Of a DNA stretch of 64,000 nucleotides, positions 32,537 through 42,370 are shown piece after piece. The translations under genes were made by a program, and so were the position numbers. The stretch is taken from the NCBI GenBank assembly GCA_051117555.1, contig JBNPEG010000021.1, positions 73,109 to 137,108 of the forward strand, in the 5' to 3' direction. The stretch is from Elainellaceae cyanobacterium. Lineage in GTDB: Bacteria; Cyanobacteriota; Cyanobacteriia; CAZCXK01. The number at the start of each line of letters is the position of its first letter. Position 1 is the stretch's first letter. Below the pieces are notes generated by a model that worked only from the letters and a program-made list of their open reading frames with translations, was not told the origin of the DNA and searched no databases.

Positions 32537-33403
32537 ATGGCTGGCACTCTGTATGTGGTTGGGACTCCAATTGGCAACCTGGAAGACATGACCTTCCGGG
32601 CGATTCGGATATTGGGAAACGTCGATTGGATTGCCGCCGAAGACACTCGCCATACGGGTAAACTGCTCCAGCACTTTCAGATTTCGACGCCTCAAATTAG
32701 CTATCATGACCACAACCATCAGAGCCGCATTCCTGACTTGCTCTCACGGCTGAAGGATGGACAGGCGATCGCCCTAGTCACGGATGCAGGGATGCCAGGA
32801 ATTTCTGATCCGGGCTATGAGCTGGTGTGTGCGTGCATTCACGAAGGCATTCTCATTGTTCCAATTCCTGGACCAACCGCCGCAATTACGGCATTAAGCA
32901 TCGCCGGATTATCCACGCAGCGGTTTATCTTTGAAGGGTTTTTGCCCACTAAAGGGACTGATCGACGCGAGCGCCTAGAAACCTTGCAAACCGAATCTCG
33001 TACCATTGTGCTCTATGAAGCACCCCATCGACTTCGAGAAACATTGGCAGACTTATCCCATACGCTTGGGGGCGATCGCCCCGTGACCCTAGCGAGAGAG
33101 TTAACAAAGCTTTACGAAGAGGTGTGGCGCGGCACCCTCCTTCAGGCTATCGACCATTATCATCATCGGGAGCCCCATGGTGAATATACAGTCGTCATTG
33201 CGGGGGCGACGCTCGATCAGCCGCATTTGTCAGAATCTGCTCTGAAAGCCGAGCTAGAACAGCTCATTCGACAGGGCACATCTCGTTCCCAGGCCAGTCG
33301 GCAACTCGCTCACCAAACGCCGTTATCGCGTCGTCAAATTTATCAGTTAGCCCTGTCAATTCCTGCCCTGGATAGCACCGACGCTGACGACACGCCTTCG
33401 TAG
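32537..33403 (+). CDS. rsmI: 16S rRNA C1402 2'-O-methyltransferase
   Basis: GTPIGNLED, AEDTRHT, DAGMPGISDPG, RELTKLYEE. Confidence 0.97.
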   Translation: MAGTLYVVGTPIGNLEDMTFRAIRILGNVDWIAAEDTRHTGKLLQHFQISTPQISYHDHNHQSRIPDLLSRLKDGQAIALVTDAGMPGISDPGYELVCACIHEGILIVPIPGPTAAITALSIAGLSTQRFIFEGFLPTKGTDRRERLETLQTESRTIVLYEAPHRLRETLADLSHTLGGDRPVTLARELTKLYEEVWRGTLLQAIDHYHHREPHGEYTVVIAGATLDQPHLSESALKAELEQLIRQGTSRSQASRQLAHQTPLSRRQIYQLALSIPALDSTDADDTPS

Positions 33404-33503
33404 ATCGGCCTGGTATGACGGAAACCCTGAGAAGAGGTTATGCTGTCGGTCAGTATGTTAAACCTCTCATAATTGGCTCCAAACTATTACACCCAGTGGT
33501 CGT

Positions 33504-34259
33504 ATGTTGTTCTGTTCAACCTCTCACCTCTATTCTTCGAACTATCTGCAAACCGCTCTCTCTGTCGGTCTGATTAGTGTGTCACTCGTTATCGGAGGCT
33601 GTAGCAGTCGGCAGACAGGAGTCCCTTCTCCAGACGACAGCGCATCTGAAGCTGCGAATACGTCAGAATCCGCCCCGTTCACCTCATCCCCTGAAGCAAC
33701 TCAGGTGAATGAAATCGATACCCCAGTGCCAACGGAGTTCCTCATCTCGGCAGAAGGAATTGGGGATGCCAAGCTTGGCATGACCTTTGGAACCCTCAAG
33801 CAAACGCTGGGTTCAGAGGTGGAATTCACCGAAGAGACATCCCTAATGTCTGATTTTGATGCGATCGCCGTCCGTAAAGATGATGCCGTTCAGTATTACA
33901 TCCTCCATTTGGCAGGCGATCCATTTACTGAGGAAGATGTCATTCAGGGATTGATGACGGATAATTCTAGTTTCATGACTGCCGAAGAGGTCGGAGCTGG
34001 AACTCCTATTAAAGATGCGGAAGAGTCATACGGCAAAGCGACTCTCTCTTATCACACTCGAAATGAATCTAGAGAATATGTGCGCTTTGAAAATCATCCG
34101 GCTAATAATGTGTCATTTCAGGCAGGCAACGGCGAACAAGACCCCACCGGGATCTACTCTGCACCGAGTAGCGAATACAATGAAACACCGGACTTTGCCG
34201 ATAGCGCTAGCATTCAATCGGTGCTGGTCGTCTGTCTAGTCGAAGACTGTGCCGGATAA
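33504..34259 (+). CDS. Putative lipoprotein
   Basis: Hydrophobic stretch ending in lipobox-like IGGC, acidic linker, then a domain starting ISAEGIGDAKLGMT. Confidence 0.7.
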   Translation: MLFCSTSHLYSSNYLQTALSVGLISVSLVIGGCSSRQTGVPSPDDSASEAANTSESAPFTSSPEATQVNEIDTPVPTEFLISAEGIGDAKLGMTFGTLKQTLGSEVEFTEETSLMSDFDAIAVRKDDAVQYYILHLAGDPFTEEDVIQGLMTDNSSFMTAEEVGAGTPIKDAEESYGKATLSYHTRNESREYVRFENHPANNVSFQAGNGEQDPTGIYSAPSSEYNETPDFADSASIQSVLVVCLVEDCAG

Positions 34260-34288
34260 TTTTAAAGTCTGGGTCTACCCCTTGCGCT

Positions 34289-34564
34289 ATGAAAACCATT
34301 GGAACTGTTTTGATTTCTCTCATCATTGCCGGTTGGGTCGTGGCGATCGCCATCTTTTCGATTCAAAATGTGTTTATCACCGGCGAGAACGGAACGAATC
34401 AGCTCGTGTCCTTAAGATTTCTAAACTTCAGCTCCATCGAAATGCCGCTGGGGGTTGCATTGGCATTCTGTCTTGCTTTAGGGATTATTGGCACCGCGAT
34501 CGCAATCCCAATTTGGAACGCAATTGGAGCGCCGTCCTACGACGATAGCGACGACGACTTTTAG
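34289..34564 (+). CDS. LapA/DUF1049-family small membrane protein
   Basis: AIFSIQN...VSLRFL...IEMPLGV pattern with two TM helices. Confidence 0.75.
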   Translation: MKTIGTVLISLIIAGWVVAIAIFSIQNVFITGENGTNQLVSLRFLNFSSIEMPLGVALAFCLALGIIGTAIAIPIWNAIGAPSYDDSDDDF

Positions 34565-34651
34565 AAATGACGCCATCTAGAGGCGACGCTACCAAAGGAT
34601 TCTTTAGAATCCATCCATCAAAATTAATATAGTCGCCCGTTTTAATCAGTC

Positions 34652-35767
34652 TTAGAACCTCTCTAATGAATAGACTTGTCCGTCGATGAGCATGCGCGTA
34701 ATCCCCTTAGCCTGCAAGTAAGAACTGGTTTTTTGCAACAGTTGCCCATCTGGAATTTTCACAACTCGCTGGGTGCGGCGATTCGAAAAGCGACGCGCAA
34801 CTCTGTGGTTATCAAACACAGGAAGCGTCCTTTCCTGAATTTCGCCATCTGGAATCTGCCCCAATTCAGCAAAATCTTTAAGGGGACGAGTAATCAGCTC
34901 AGAGGCTCGGTCAATGACCAAATAGCAAGGCTTTGGAATTGAAGCATCGGACAACGGCAAAATGGAAACGAACGTTTTGCCCTGAAGACGAGCACTTGCA
35001 AAATCGTCTAGACCTCCCTCGTCTTCCAATCCATAATCCTCGTCAGAGTCATCCTCATCGAGATCATCACCGTCTTCGTCCACTAGATTTGTGAAATCTT
35101 CTTCCGGATCGAGTAAGTCTTCATGGAGAACTTCAGCGTAAATGCTAGCTTCTTCCTCATAGTCTTGCTTACCCGGATCGCTTCGATCGGCCTTAAGCGT
35201 CGGACTAGCGGGTGATTTCGGCTCACGGGATTCAAGATTCTGAACCACTGGCTCCTCATCCTGAAACGTATCGTCGGATTCGGGAGAGTCCGACGAGCCT
35301 CGTCGCCGCCGTCTACGAGCTGGCATGATATCCGGCACCCCTCGGTTTTTCTTCTTCGGAGGTTCTACGGCTGGAGTCGGCTGCTCGGCTTTGACAACGT
35401 CGTCTTCGACTGCTTCGACGGCATCCTGGGACGGTTCTTTGATAAGTTCCCTAATCGGTTGTTCAGTAGGCTCCTTAACAGGTGGTTCAACAGGGGGTTC
35501 AGTAGACTTCTTAACAGGTGGTTCCGCTGGTGTTGAAGTCGAAGCCGGGACGTCCACCACTGCGGTAGACGCCTTTGTACTTCCGGCTCGTTTTTGCTGA
35601 ACAAGCGCCTCGTAAGCGTCTTCTGAAAGGCTCTGCTTTAGAATGCGGCTGATGGTGCTATTGCTCACGCCATAGCGGCTCGCTAGGGTCGAGGTCGTTT
35701 CCTGAGGCTGATGATACAGCTTCAAAATTTCTTGCTTATCAGAATCAGAGAGTTTCTTCGGAGCCAT
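34652..35767 (-). CDS. Conserved protein with N-terminal HTH, acidic disordered linker and conserved C-terminal domain
   Basis: TTSTLASRYGVSNSTISRILK helix-turn-helix; Pro/Glu/Asp-rich middle; LPVFDNHRVARRFS C-terminal domain. Confidence 0.8.
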   Translation of the reverse strand: MAPKKLSDSDKQEILKLYHQPQETTSTLASRYGVSNSTISRILKQSLSEDAYEALVQQKRAGSTKASTAVVDVPASTSTPAEPPVKKSTEPPVEPPVKEPTEQPIRELIKEPSQDAVEAVEDDVVKAEQPTPAVEPPKKKNRGVPDIMPARRRRRRGSSDSPESDDTFQDEEPVVQNLESREPKSPASPTLKADRSDPGKQDYEEEASIYAEVLHEDLLDPEEDFTNLVDEDGDDLDEDDSDEDYGLEDEGGLDDFASARLQGKTFVSILPLSDASIPKPCYLVIDRASELITRPLKDFAELGQIPDGEIQERTLPVFDNHRVARRFSNRRTQRVVKIPDGQLLQKTSSYLQAKGITRMLIDGQVYSLERF

Positions 35768-35843
35768 GCCGTCTATTTGCTGAGTGTCTTAGCTGTGAGC
35801 TCATTTGCTATTCCAGTTTAGCGTCATGCAGGTTGGGTCTGGT

Positions 35844-36866
35844 CTATGCCCGCCTGCGAATTCCTCGGCGCGATCGCGTTGAAAGACTATATTCAAGAGC
35901 TGCACCAATGCTAAACAAAACGCCACTAAAGACCCAAAACACTTCGGGCAGAGCGCCTGTGGTGTAATTGTCAAAGCGCTCAATAGCATATGCAAACCAC
36001 ATATCGGCGATATAAAAGCAGAAGGCCGCCGCGGCGATGAATCGCCACGAGATGGAAAATCGCCCTCCCCAGAATGCTAGCAGCAGCATCGTCGCCATGA
36101 TTACTAGAAAAATGTCACCTACTACATACAGTAATGCCACGATGTCAGCATAGGGCTCAAGCTGATTATTCAGCGCATTGACCCATCCGGGTGCATTGGA
36201 GGCTGATGATGCTACATCTGTCTCGTCAGATACAGGGGATTCTTGAGGCAGAGGTACCTCTTGAGCAAAAATCCACGGCGTGCCCGATGGCGCGATCGCC
36301 TCCGTCTGCCAATTCCCGACTGGTTCAGCGATGGGTGCCCCAGAATCAGGATACCGAACCGTTTCTTCGCTGCCCGCATACGAGACAAAATATGCAAGAA
36401 TAATCGCGGCGATCGCAATCCCTGCAACAATAATCCACTGGGTTGGCGTCAAATTAAGCTGCCTAGAAACGACTGCCATCAGCATTCCTATCCCCAGGAA
36501 AAGATACGTCATTAGGTAAAACAAGTCAGCAGGAGACACATTCGGTGACAATTCCCAGACGAGTTCCCACCACCCTAATAACAAATTGCCGATAAAATAA
36601 GATGCCATTCCCAAACCTAGCAGCAGCCAAACGAACCGACCACTCACAATCTGCGAACTGTTCCAGTTGCGAAAACACAACATCGCAGCTCCTAGCATGG
36701 CGACGTTCTCTATGATGTAGGTTACGACACTATACCAACCAGGACGAGGCAGGATGGGGCTACCCAATAAGAAAACCAGCAGCGCAATAATTCCCCATGC
36801 AGTGGCTGCCAAAATAATATTTTGAACGGATAGTAGGGAACTGACATTGGAAGACTTTTTGCTCAC
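35844..36866 (-). CDS. Multi-pass membrane protein
   Basis: About 8 hydrophobic segments; SPADLFYL motif; GTG start. Confidence 0.8.
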   Translation of the reverse strand: MSKKSSNVSSLLSVQNIILAATAWGIIALLVFLLGSPILPRPGWYSVVTYIIENVAMLGAAMLCFRNWNSSQIVSGRFVWLLLGLGMASYFIGNLLLGWWELVWELSPNVSPADLFYLMTYLFLGIGMLMAVVSRQLNLTPTQWIIVAGIAIAAIILAYFVSYAGSEETVRYPDSGAPIAEPVGNWQTEAIAPSGTPWIFAQEVPLPQESPVSDETDVASSASNAPGWVNALNNQLEPYADIVALLYVVGDIFLVIMATMLLLAFWGGRFSISWRFIAAAAFCFYIADMWFAYAIERFDNYTTGALPEVFWVFSGVLFSIGAALEYSLSTRSRRGIRRRA

Positions 36867-37270
36867 GGTCTGCTCCTAAGAACATACATTTGGGGGCTGG
36901 CAGAGGTGAAGACTCGACAAATTACAAAATTATAAATTACTGCTAACTTACAGATTTTTCTAGAAACGCAACGAAATGAAACTAGAGAAACGTAATGAAA
37001 CTAATGGTGCCAAATTACTTATCGCATTCCTCAGTTGCTGACAAACCGAATCAAAAGAGTGGCTGCGATCGCTCCACCACCCACACCTTAGGAATCTGCT
37101 GGTAGCTTATTTTCAAGCATCTAAGATTTTTATAGCAATAATGAACGTTGCAATTATGCGTAATCGATTGGCGTGCATACTATAAAACACTGATTTGAAT
37201 ATTGCTTTGATCGAGCTGGCACCAACAAATAGAGATTGAACAATTAAGAACCACTAAGAACCAACAAATG

Positions 37271-37942
37271 CTACTGCCAAACCTTACCAGTTGGAGATTG
37301 CTTCAGCCAAGCTAAAAATTGATTTCGATCTTGATTAGGCATATCTTGAAGCGCGTCCATCACACGTCCGGTGAAATTGGCATTACCAAAATGGTCTTTG
37401 CCAATTCGATAGAGCTCTTGAAGGAGGGTATTCAAATGATGCTCTTGCCAAGGGGGAACTTGTAACGTTGCGAGAGGGTCTATGGTGAGCAGTTGATTAA
37501 TGGCATCCGGGGTTTCGGCTTGAGGAAATTTCCATTCTTGAAATACCTCGGTAATTTCTTTTTGAAAAATTCCTAGCTGGCGAGCCCCAAGTAAATCTTC
37601 GATGTCGATGTAAACAGCCTGCAAGAGCAGCAAACATGCCTGAGTAAATGTCGGGCTGGCAGCACCGTCGTCTTGCGGCCCGGATGGGGGACCTGAAAAC
37701 TGTTCTAAACGAACTTTTCCCCAAATGCTGTATCGATCGGGTTCTTCAAGCAAGACACATGCTTTACCACGATTGTCTGTCAGGTCACGCCAAAATGCTC
37801 TGGCTTCTTCTTCTTGAGCGGCATTAAACATGCTAATCAAGCGGAATGTTTGCCCTTGATAGTGAAGAATCGGGATCTTTTGATCCCGCTTCGGGTGTTG
37901 AATGGCTGATATTTCAACATCCTGCCGCTTTAAGATAAACAT
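37271..37942 (-). CDS. Conserved cyanobacterial protein (Npun_F0813-like)
   Basis: MFILKRQDVEI...FWRDLTDNRGKACVLLEEPDRYSIWGK; family assignment from memory. Confidence 0.75.
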   Translation of the reverse strand: MFILKRQDVEISAIQHPKRDQKIPILHYQGQTFRLISMFNAAQEEEARAFWRDLTDNRGKACVLLEEPDRYSIWGKVRLEQFSGPPSGPQDDGAASPTFTQACLLLLQAVYIDIEDLLGARQLGIFQKEITEVFQEWKFPQAETPDAINQLLTIDPLATLQVPPWQEHHLNTLLQELYRIGKDHFGNANFTGRVMDALQDMPNQDRNQFLAWLKQSPTGKVWQ

Positions 37943-38120
37943 GATGCTGCCAATTGATTCCTGTCAAGGCTAGGGTAAGAACCGACTATTTATAAAATAA
38001 AAACCGTTGTTAAACGGATGCCATTATCACAATCCATCAGAGATAAAGGGCGATCGCCCCTGCTACGTTCATAATTATTTAAGCCATTGCAGGGTTGTTT
38101 TCAAGTTTAACTCTGTACGC

Positions 38121-38218
38121 ATCTATAGCGATCCTAAATCGCTTGTGAATTGTGTGTGAGTGGTGGGGCAGGCGGCGCTCGCCCCACCACTCACAACCCA
38201 TTCGGGATTGCTATAGAT
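38121..38218. mobile_element. MITE-like element with 19-bp imperfect TIRs and an internal perfect 15-bp hairpin
   Basis: Ends ATCTATAGCGATCCTAAAT ... ATTCGGGATTGCTATAGAT (3 mismatches); internal TGTGAGTGGTGGGGC/GCCCCACCACTCACA. Confidence 0.75.
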
Positions 38219-38798
38219 CGAGCTAAATTAACGTGGTAACAAGTCTACGGGTTGAATGGAAATTTGATCACAAGGCTACGGGTTGAGTGGGCAAGATTAT
38301 CACAAACATCGTCATCAAAATCGATTTACGGAGGAGAATATTTTGGATTACCGGGTAGCATAGCCGGATATTTGGTGGGCAGTGGTTGGCAATTATCAGT
38401 TAGCAATCAGCAGGTATATCCATTCCCTAGATCCAATTTCTAGATCCAATTTACAGATTACGGCGAGCAGCCATACGCCTAAAGGCAGGCTCCGCCAACG
38501 CCAGTACAGTTAATCATCTATAGCCTTTATTCGAGGAATTGGTATTAGCAGGGCTTCTAGCTCTTGAATTACAAAAACTGTCAGAATTTGATCAATAATT
38601 AAGGCTATCCGCTAAATCAAATAATTAAGTGTGTTGAATCCGGCTTTATGATTATGTTTGTACATTAGATGTGGATTTAACCGTTGGGAAGGCGATCGCC
38701 AGTGAGTCACCTTTCCGCTATGTTTTCCAAGTTTAAAAAATTAAGATAACCTAGCAAAATAGATAAATCACTGCTCTATAACTCAATAACTCAATTTT

Positions 38799-38872
38799 GC
38801 TCCAGTAGCTCAGCGGATTAGAGCATCTGCCTTCTAAGCAGACGGTCGTTGGTTCGAATCCAACCTGGGGCG
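38799..38872 (+). tRNA. trnR: tRNA-Arg(UCU)
   Basis: Acceptor GCTCCAG/CTGGGGC; anticodon arm TCTGC-CTTCTAA-GCAGA; T-loop GGTTCGAATCC; no encoded CCA. Confidence 0.96.
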
Positions 38873-39217
38873 TTGCTAATTGTCCTGCTCTTTTGAGATA
38901 TCTCAGCCTAGGCTCTCAGCATTGCTAGTCTGGGGGAGGAATTCAACTGCAAACGCACTAGCATGGGCTTAGATCATCGGCACAGGAGACGTGTGGTAGC
39001 CTTGTGCTCACAGCAGGATCGTATGGAATGTCATGGTTGGCAGATTTATGCATGTGCGAATTTGCAGGCTGTCTTCGACGCGGCGGGTTTAATCATCAGG
39101 TCTTTCGTTCGTTGGCTTTATCGATGCGCCCCCTGATCCATTATTTGCTCAATCACCATCTCCCTCAAATCGATCTACATTAAGACATAAGGGATTTACA
39201 ACACACAGATCAACGCC

Positions 39218-39856
39218 ATGATTGAAATCCTAGCCGCACTCTCTGCATCTGCGGCCGCAGGAATGAGGATCGCTTTACCCCTGCTGTTGATTGGGCTACT
39301 GCAGAGCGAGACTCTTTGGGCGAATGTCCCAATTTTGTCGCACATTCCTCCTGCCATTGTCTTAGGAGTTTTGGTAAGTTGGTCGCTGGTCGAACTGCTT
39401 TGCTCTAGGGAGCTTTTAGGACAGCGCCTCTTACAGATGGTGCAGCTTTTATTTAGCCCGATCGTAGGTGCCATTATTGGAATCACCATCGCTCGCATTA
39501 CCGAGGTAGACGATTGGTTGATTGGCTTGGTTGGCTTAATAGGCGGATTACTTGCGCTTGTGCTTCAGCTTGTTCAAGTCGGCTGGTTCTATCGCCTGCG
39601 AGGTCTCCCCAAGTGGTTCACCTTTGTTCAAGATTTTTTGTGCGTTGTCCTCGTGTTTCTAGCCTTTGATGCACCTCACCAAGGCGGAATCATCGCCCTG
39701 TTGCTACTTTGGATCGCAATCCGCAGTTCGACCACATGGCGGCATTGGCAAAAAGGCCACGATCGCTCGTCTACGTTAGGATATGAGAAAATTTTGGGCA
39801 AAGGAATTTCGGGCGATCGCCCGAAACGACAACGAAATTCATCCTCCGATATCTAG
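39218..39856 (+). CDS. DUF4126-like membrane protein
   Basis: LSASAAAGMRIALPLL N-terminus and multiple TM segments. Confidence 0.78.
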   Translation: MIEILAALSASAAAGMRIALPLLLIGLLQSETLWANVPILSHIPPAIVLGVLVSWSLVELLCSRELLGQRLLQMVQLLFSPIVGAIIGITIARITEVDDWLIGLVGLIGGLLALVLQLVQVGWFYRLRGLPKWFTFVQDFLCVVLVFLAFDAPHQGGIIALLLLWIAIRSSTTWRHWQKGHDRSSTLGYEKILGKGISGDRPKRQRNSSSDI

Positions 39857-39897
39857 ACGATTATCTATACATGATCTCTATACGATCGAAAGCTTCA

Positions 39898-40842
39898 CTA
39901 TTTTTGATGGACGTGAGCCGCCTTCAGCATATGGTAAGTGATCAAGAGCTGAGTCAGGGCAAGAGGATAACTCTGTAGTGTCTCTCCAGTTGTACCTGTT
40001 AGTTTGCCAATTTCCTCATTGCCTTCTAAGCTGCAAAACTGACCTAGGTAGGGAACTTCACTACAAAGAGTACGTTCTAGCTCTTTAACTTGTTCACTCG
40101 TAGCATGAGCGTCGACTTCGAGCACATCAACCGGTCTGCCCATGTCTCGATCGAGCCCCAACCGAATCGCGCCCCCTAAATGGTTTCCACTCGGATTTAA
40201 AATTTTGGTGAAGTCTGGATGCGGAATCGTCGGCCTCAACACCAGCCGAACATTGAGAAGAACTTCGCTCTGATTAGGTTCTGAGTCAGGCGGGTAGAAA
40301 CTGACCACAACGTCAGCCCACTGACGCTGGGGGCGAATAAATGACTCTGAATCAGGTTCTCTCCTACTAAGCTGCTCTAGCACCTGCTCGTCAGAATAGC
40401 CGCGTTTGCGGGTATCTCGCTTGATTTTCCAAGTGGCTCGCAACTCTTCCGGGGGAGCGAGATAAACTTTCACATCATAAGCATCCCGCATTCCACGTGT
40501 CGAGTATCCTAGAAGCCCCTCGACAATGACAAATTGACTCGGTTTGATATACTCAGGCGGATCAAAACCACCTGTGGAATGGTTATAGATGGGCTTTAGG
40601 ATCGGTTGCCCAGTTCGCAGAAGCGCAAGATGTTGCTGAATGATATCTAAATAATTGCAGTCGGGATGTAGAGCAGAGATACCGATTTCAGCCCGTTGAC
40701 GGCGGTCATACCGATGATAGTCATCTGTACAAATGACTGTAACGTTATCCTCTCCTACGATCTTTGCCACTCCTCGTGTTAAGGTCGTCTTTCCAGCAGC
40801 GCTATCGCCGACAATACCGAGAATAATAGGTCGACTCGACAT
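39898..40842 (-). CDS. Phosphoribulokinase/uridine kinase family protein (non-canonical PRK paralogue)
   Basis: IILGIVGDSAAGKTT Walker A, DDYHRYDR, EGLL, WKIKRDTRKRGY, FIRPQRQWAD. Confidence 0.88.
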   Translation of the reverse strand: MSSRPIILGIVGDSAAGKTTLTRGVAKIVGEDNVTVICTDDYHRYDRRQRAEIGISALHPDCNYLDIIQQHLALLRTGQPILKPIYNHSTGGFDPPEYIKPSQFVIVEGLLGYSTRGMRDAYDVKVYLAPPEELRATWKIKRDTRKRGYSDEQVLEQLSRREPDSESFIRPQRQWADVVVSFYPPDSEPNQSEVLLNVRLVLRPTIPHPDFTKILNPSGNHLGGAIRLGLDRDMGRPVDVLEVDAHATSEQVKELERTLCSEVPYLGQFCSLEGNEEIGKLTGTTGETLQSYPLALTQLLITYHMLKAAHVHQK

Positions 40843-40995
40843 ATGGTTACCCCAACACAAGACGTTAAATTCTTAAAAGATCATCAACAAAATGAGCTTC
40901 TCCTAATTTTAGGTAGGAAGGGGATCGAACTCAAGTCTAAACTTCTCAAGAATTCTATAGTTCGGCTAACTGCGAACCCAAGACTTTAAACAACG

Positions 40996-42168
40996 CTATA
41001 GCAAACCTGCAAAATGCAGCGGGCCGTGGCCGCTGATCAACTCTACTATCAGCGCAATAAACCCTAGCATTGCTAAACGACCATTCCAGACTTCTGCGGC
41101 GGTGGTCAGCCCCCATTCCCACTTTTCTTGAGGATACATTTTGACGTTCTTGGCGGGTCGAGTCACTTCGCTGAGCTGAATACTCGAGGAATTGAGAGCT
41201 TCGATCACCATGTCCGCCAAATCTCGGATAAAAACGGGATGGGTATTGAGAGCAGGCACGCGATGAAAGTGCTGGATGCCAGCTTCCTCAGCAAGCTCCC
41301 GATATTCAATATCGATTTCTTGAAGGGTTTCAATGTGTTCTGAGACGAAACTAATAGGGACCACAACCAGATTCTGAACCCCCTTCTCGGCAAGCTCAGC
41401 GATCGCATCTTCTGTGTAAGGTTTCAGCCACTCGACTGGACCCACTCGGCTCTGATACGCCAATGTATAGTCATTAGGCCGATTGAGGGTTTGCATAATC
41501 AGCGCTGTGCATTCTTCTATTTCGCGCTGATAGGGGTCCCCTGCTTCATCGACATAGCTTTGGGGTACACCATGGGCGCTAAAAAAGATATGAGCCCCAT
41601 TGGGATCATCCAGTTGGTCTAGCTCATTGGCGATTAAATCTGCCATCGCATTGAGGTAACCCTCTCGGCCATACCACGACGGAATCACCGTATGTTCAAT
41701 CTGATCTAGACTCGCTTCTTCGTCCCAAATTTGCTCTAAAAGCCTGAAGCTAGAACCACTTGTGCTGATGGAAAACTGCGGATAAAGAGGCAAAATGACC
41801 AAACGCTCAATCTGATCTCGTTTAATTCGGGCGATCGCCTCTTCCGTAAAGGGGTACCAATAGCGCATACCAATATAAACTTGAGCATCTTGCCCCTTCT
41901 CCAGTAGAGAATCCTGGAGCGCGCAGGCTTGCTCTTCCGTAATGCGCCTCAGGGGAGACCCTCCGCCAATTTGCTTATAATTTTCTTTTGACTTTTGTGC
42001 GCGACTCGTAGAAATCAACCACGCGAGGGGACGCTGGAGCCACGGAAATGGGAGGCGAATAATTTCTGGATCTGAAAAAAGATTAAATAAAAATGGGCGG
42101 ACATCTTCTAGATGATCAGGTCCACCTAAGTTCAGCAATAAGACACCAACACGACCTGTAGCAGCCAC
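40996..42168 (-). CDS. hemH: Ferrochelatase with C-terminal CAB/HLIP-like helix
   Basis: LLNLGGP, LYPQFS, SAHGVP, YQSRVGP, SEHIETL; C-terminal [13 protein letters not shown]. Confidence 0.98.
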   Translation of the reverse strand: MAATGRVGVLLLNLGGPDHLEDVRPFLFNLFSDPEIIRLPFPWLQRPLAWLISTSRAQKSKENYKQIGGGSPLRRITEEQACALQDSLLEKGQDAQVYIGMRYWYPFTEEAIARIKRDQIERLVILPLYPQFSISTSGSSFRLLEQIWDEEASLDQIEHTVIPSWYGREGYLNAMADLIANELDQLDDPNGAHIFFSAHGVPQSYVDEAGDPYQREIEECTALIMQTLNRPNDYTLAYQSRVGPVEWLKPYTEDAIAELAEKGVQNLVVVPISFVSEHIETLQEIDIEYRELAEEAGIQHFHRVPALNTHPVFIRDLADMVIEALNSSSIQLSEVTRPAKNVKMYPQEKWEWGLTTAAEVWNGRLAMLGFIALIVELISGHGPLHFAGLL

Positions 42169-42370
42169 AGCTTCCCTTCCATTTAACGTTTGTTACTTAT
42201 TTTAACGATAAAATTCCTCGTGGATCGAGCAGGCATTTCAAGACAAAACTTGATAAAACGAAACGCTAATCGCCCATTCATTAATTTGGTGGGTACACCA
42301 GAACTTAAATCTCTCTTAAGTTCTTTCATTAAAGACTACGCAGTGACCTATCTGCAAGAAAAAGTTGACC

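Noticed and set aside
34652..35767. HTH protein as a transposase
   Set aside because: There is no DDE or HUH catalytic domain and no terminal repeats; the rest is an acidic linker plus a conserved non-transposase domain.
38252..38443. 63-aa ORF in the AT-rich region before tRNA-Arg
   Set aside because: It has a TTG start, no motifs, and lies among repeat remnants.
40996..41110. CAB-like helix fused to ferrochelatase as a novelty
   Set aside because: This is a well-known feature of cyanobacterial and plastid HemH.
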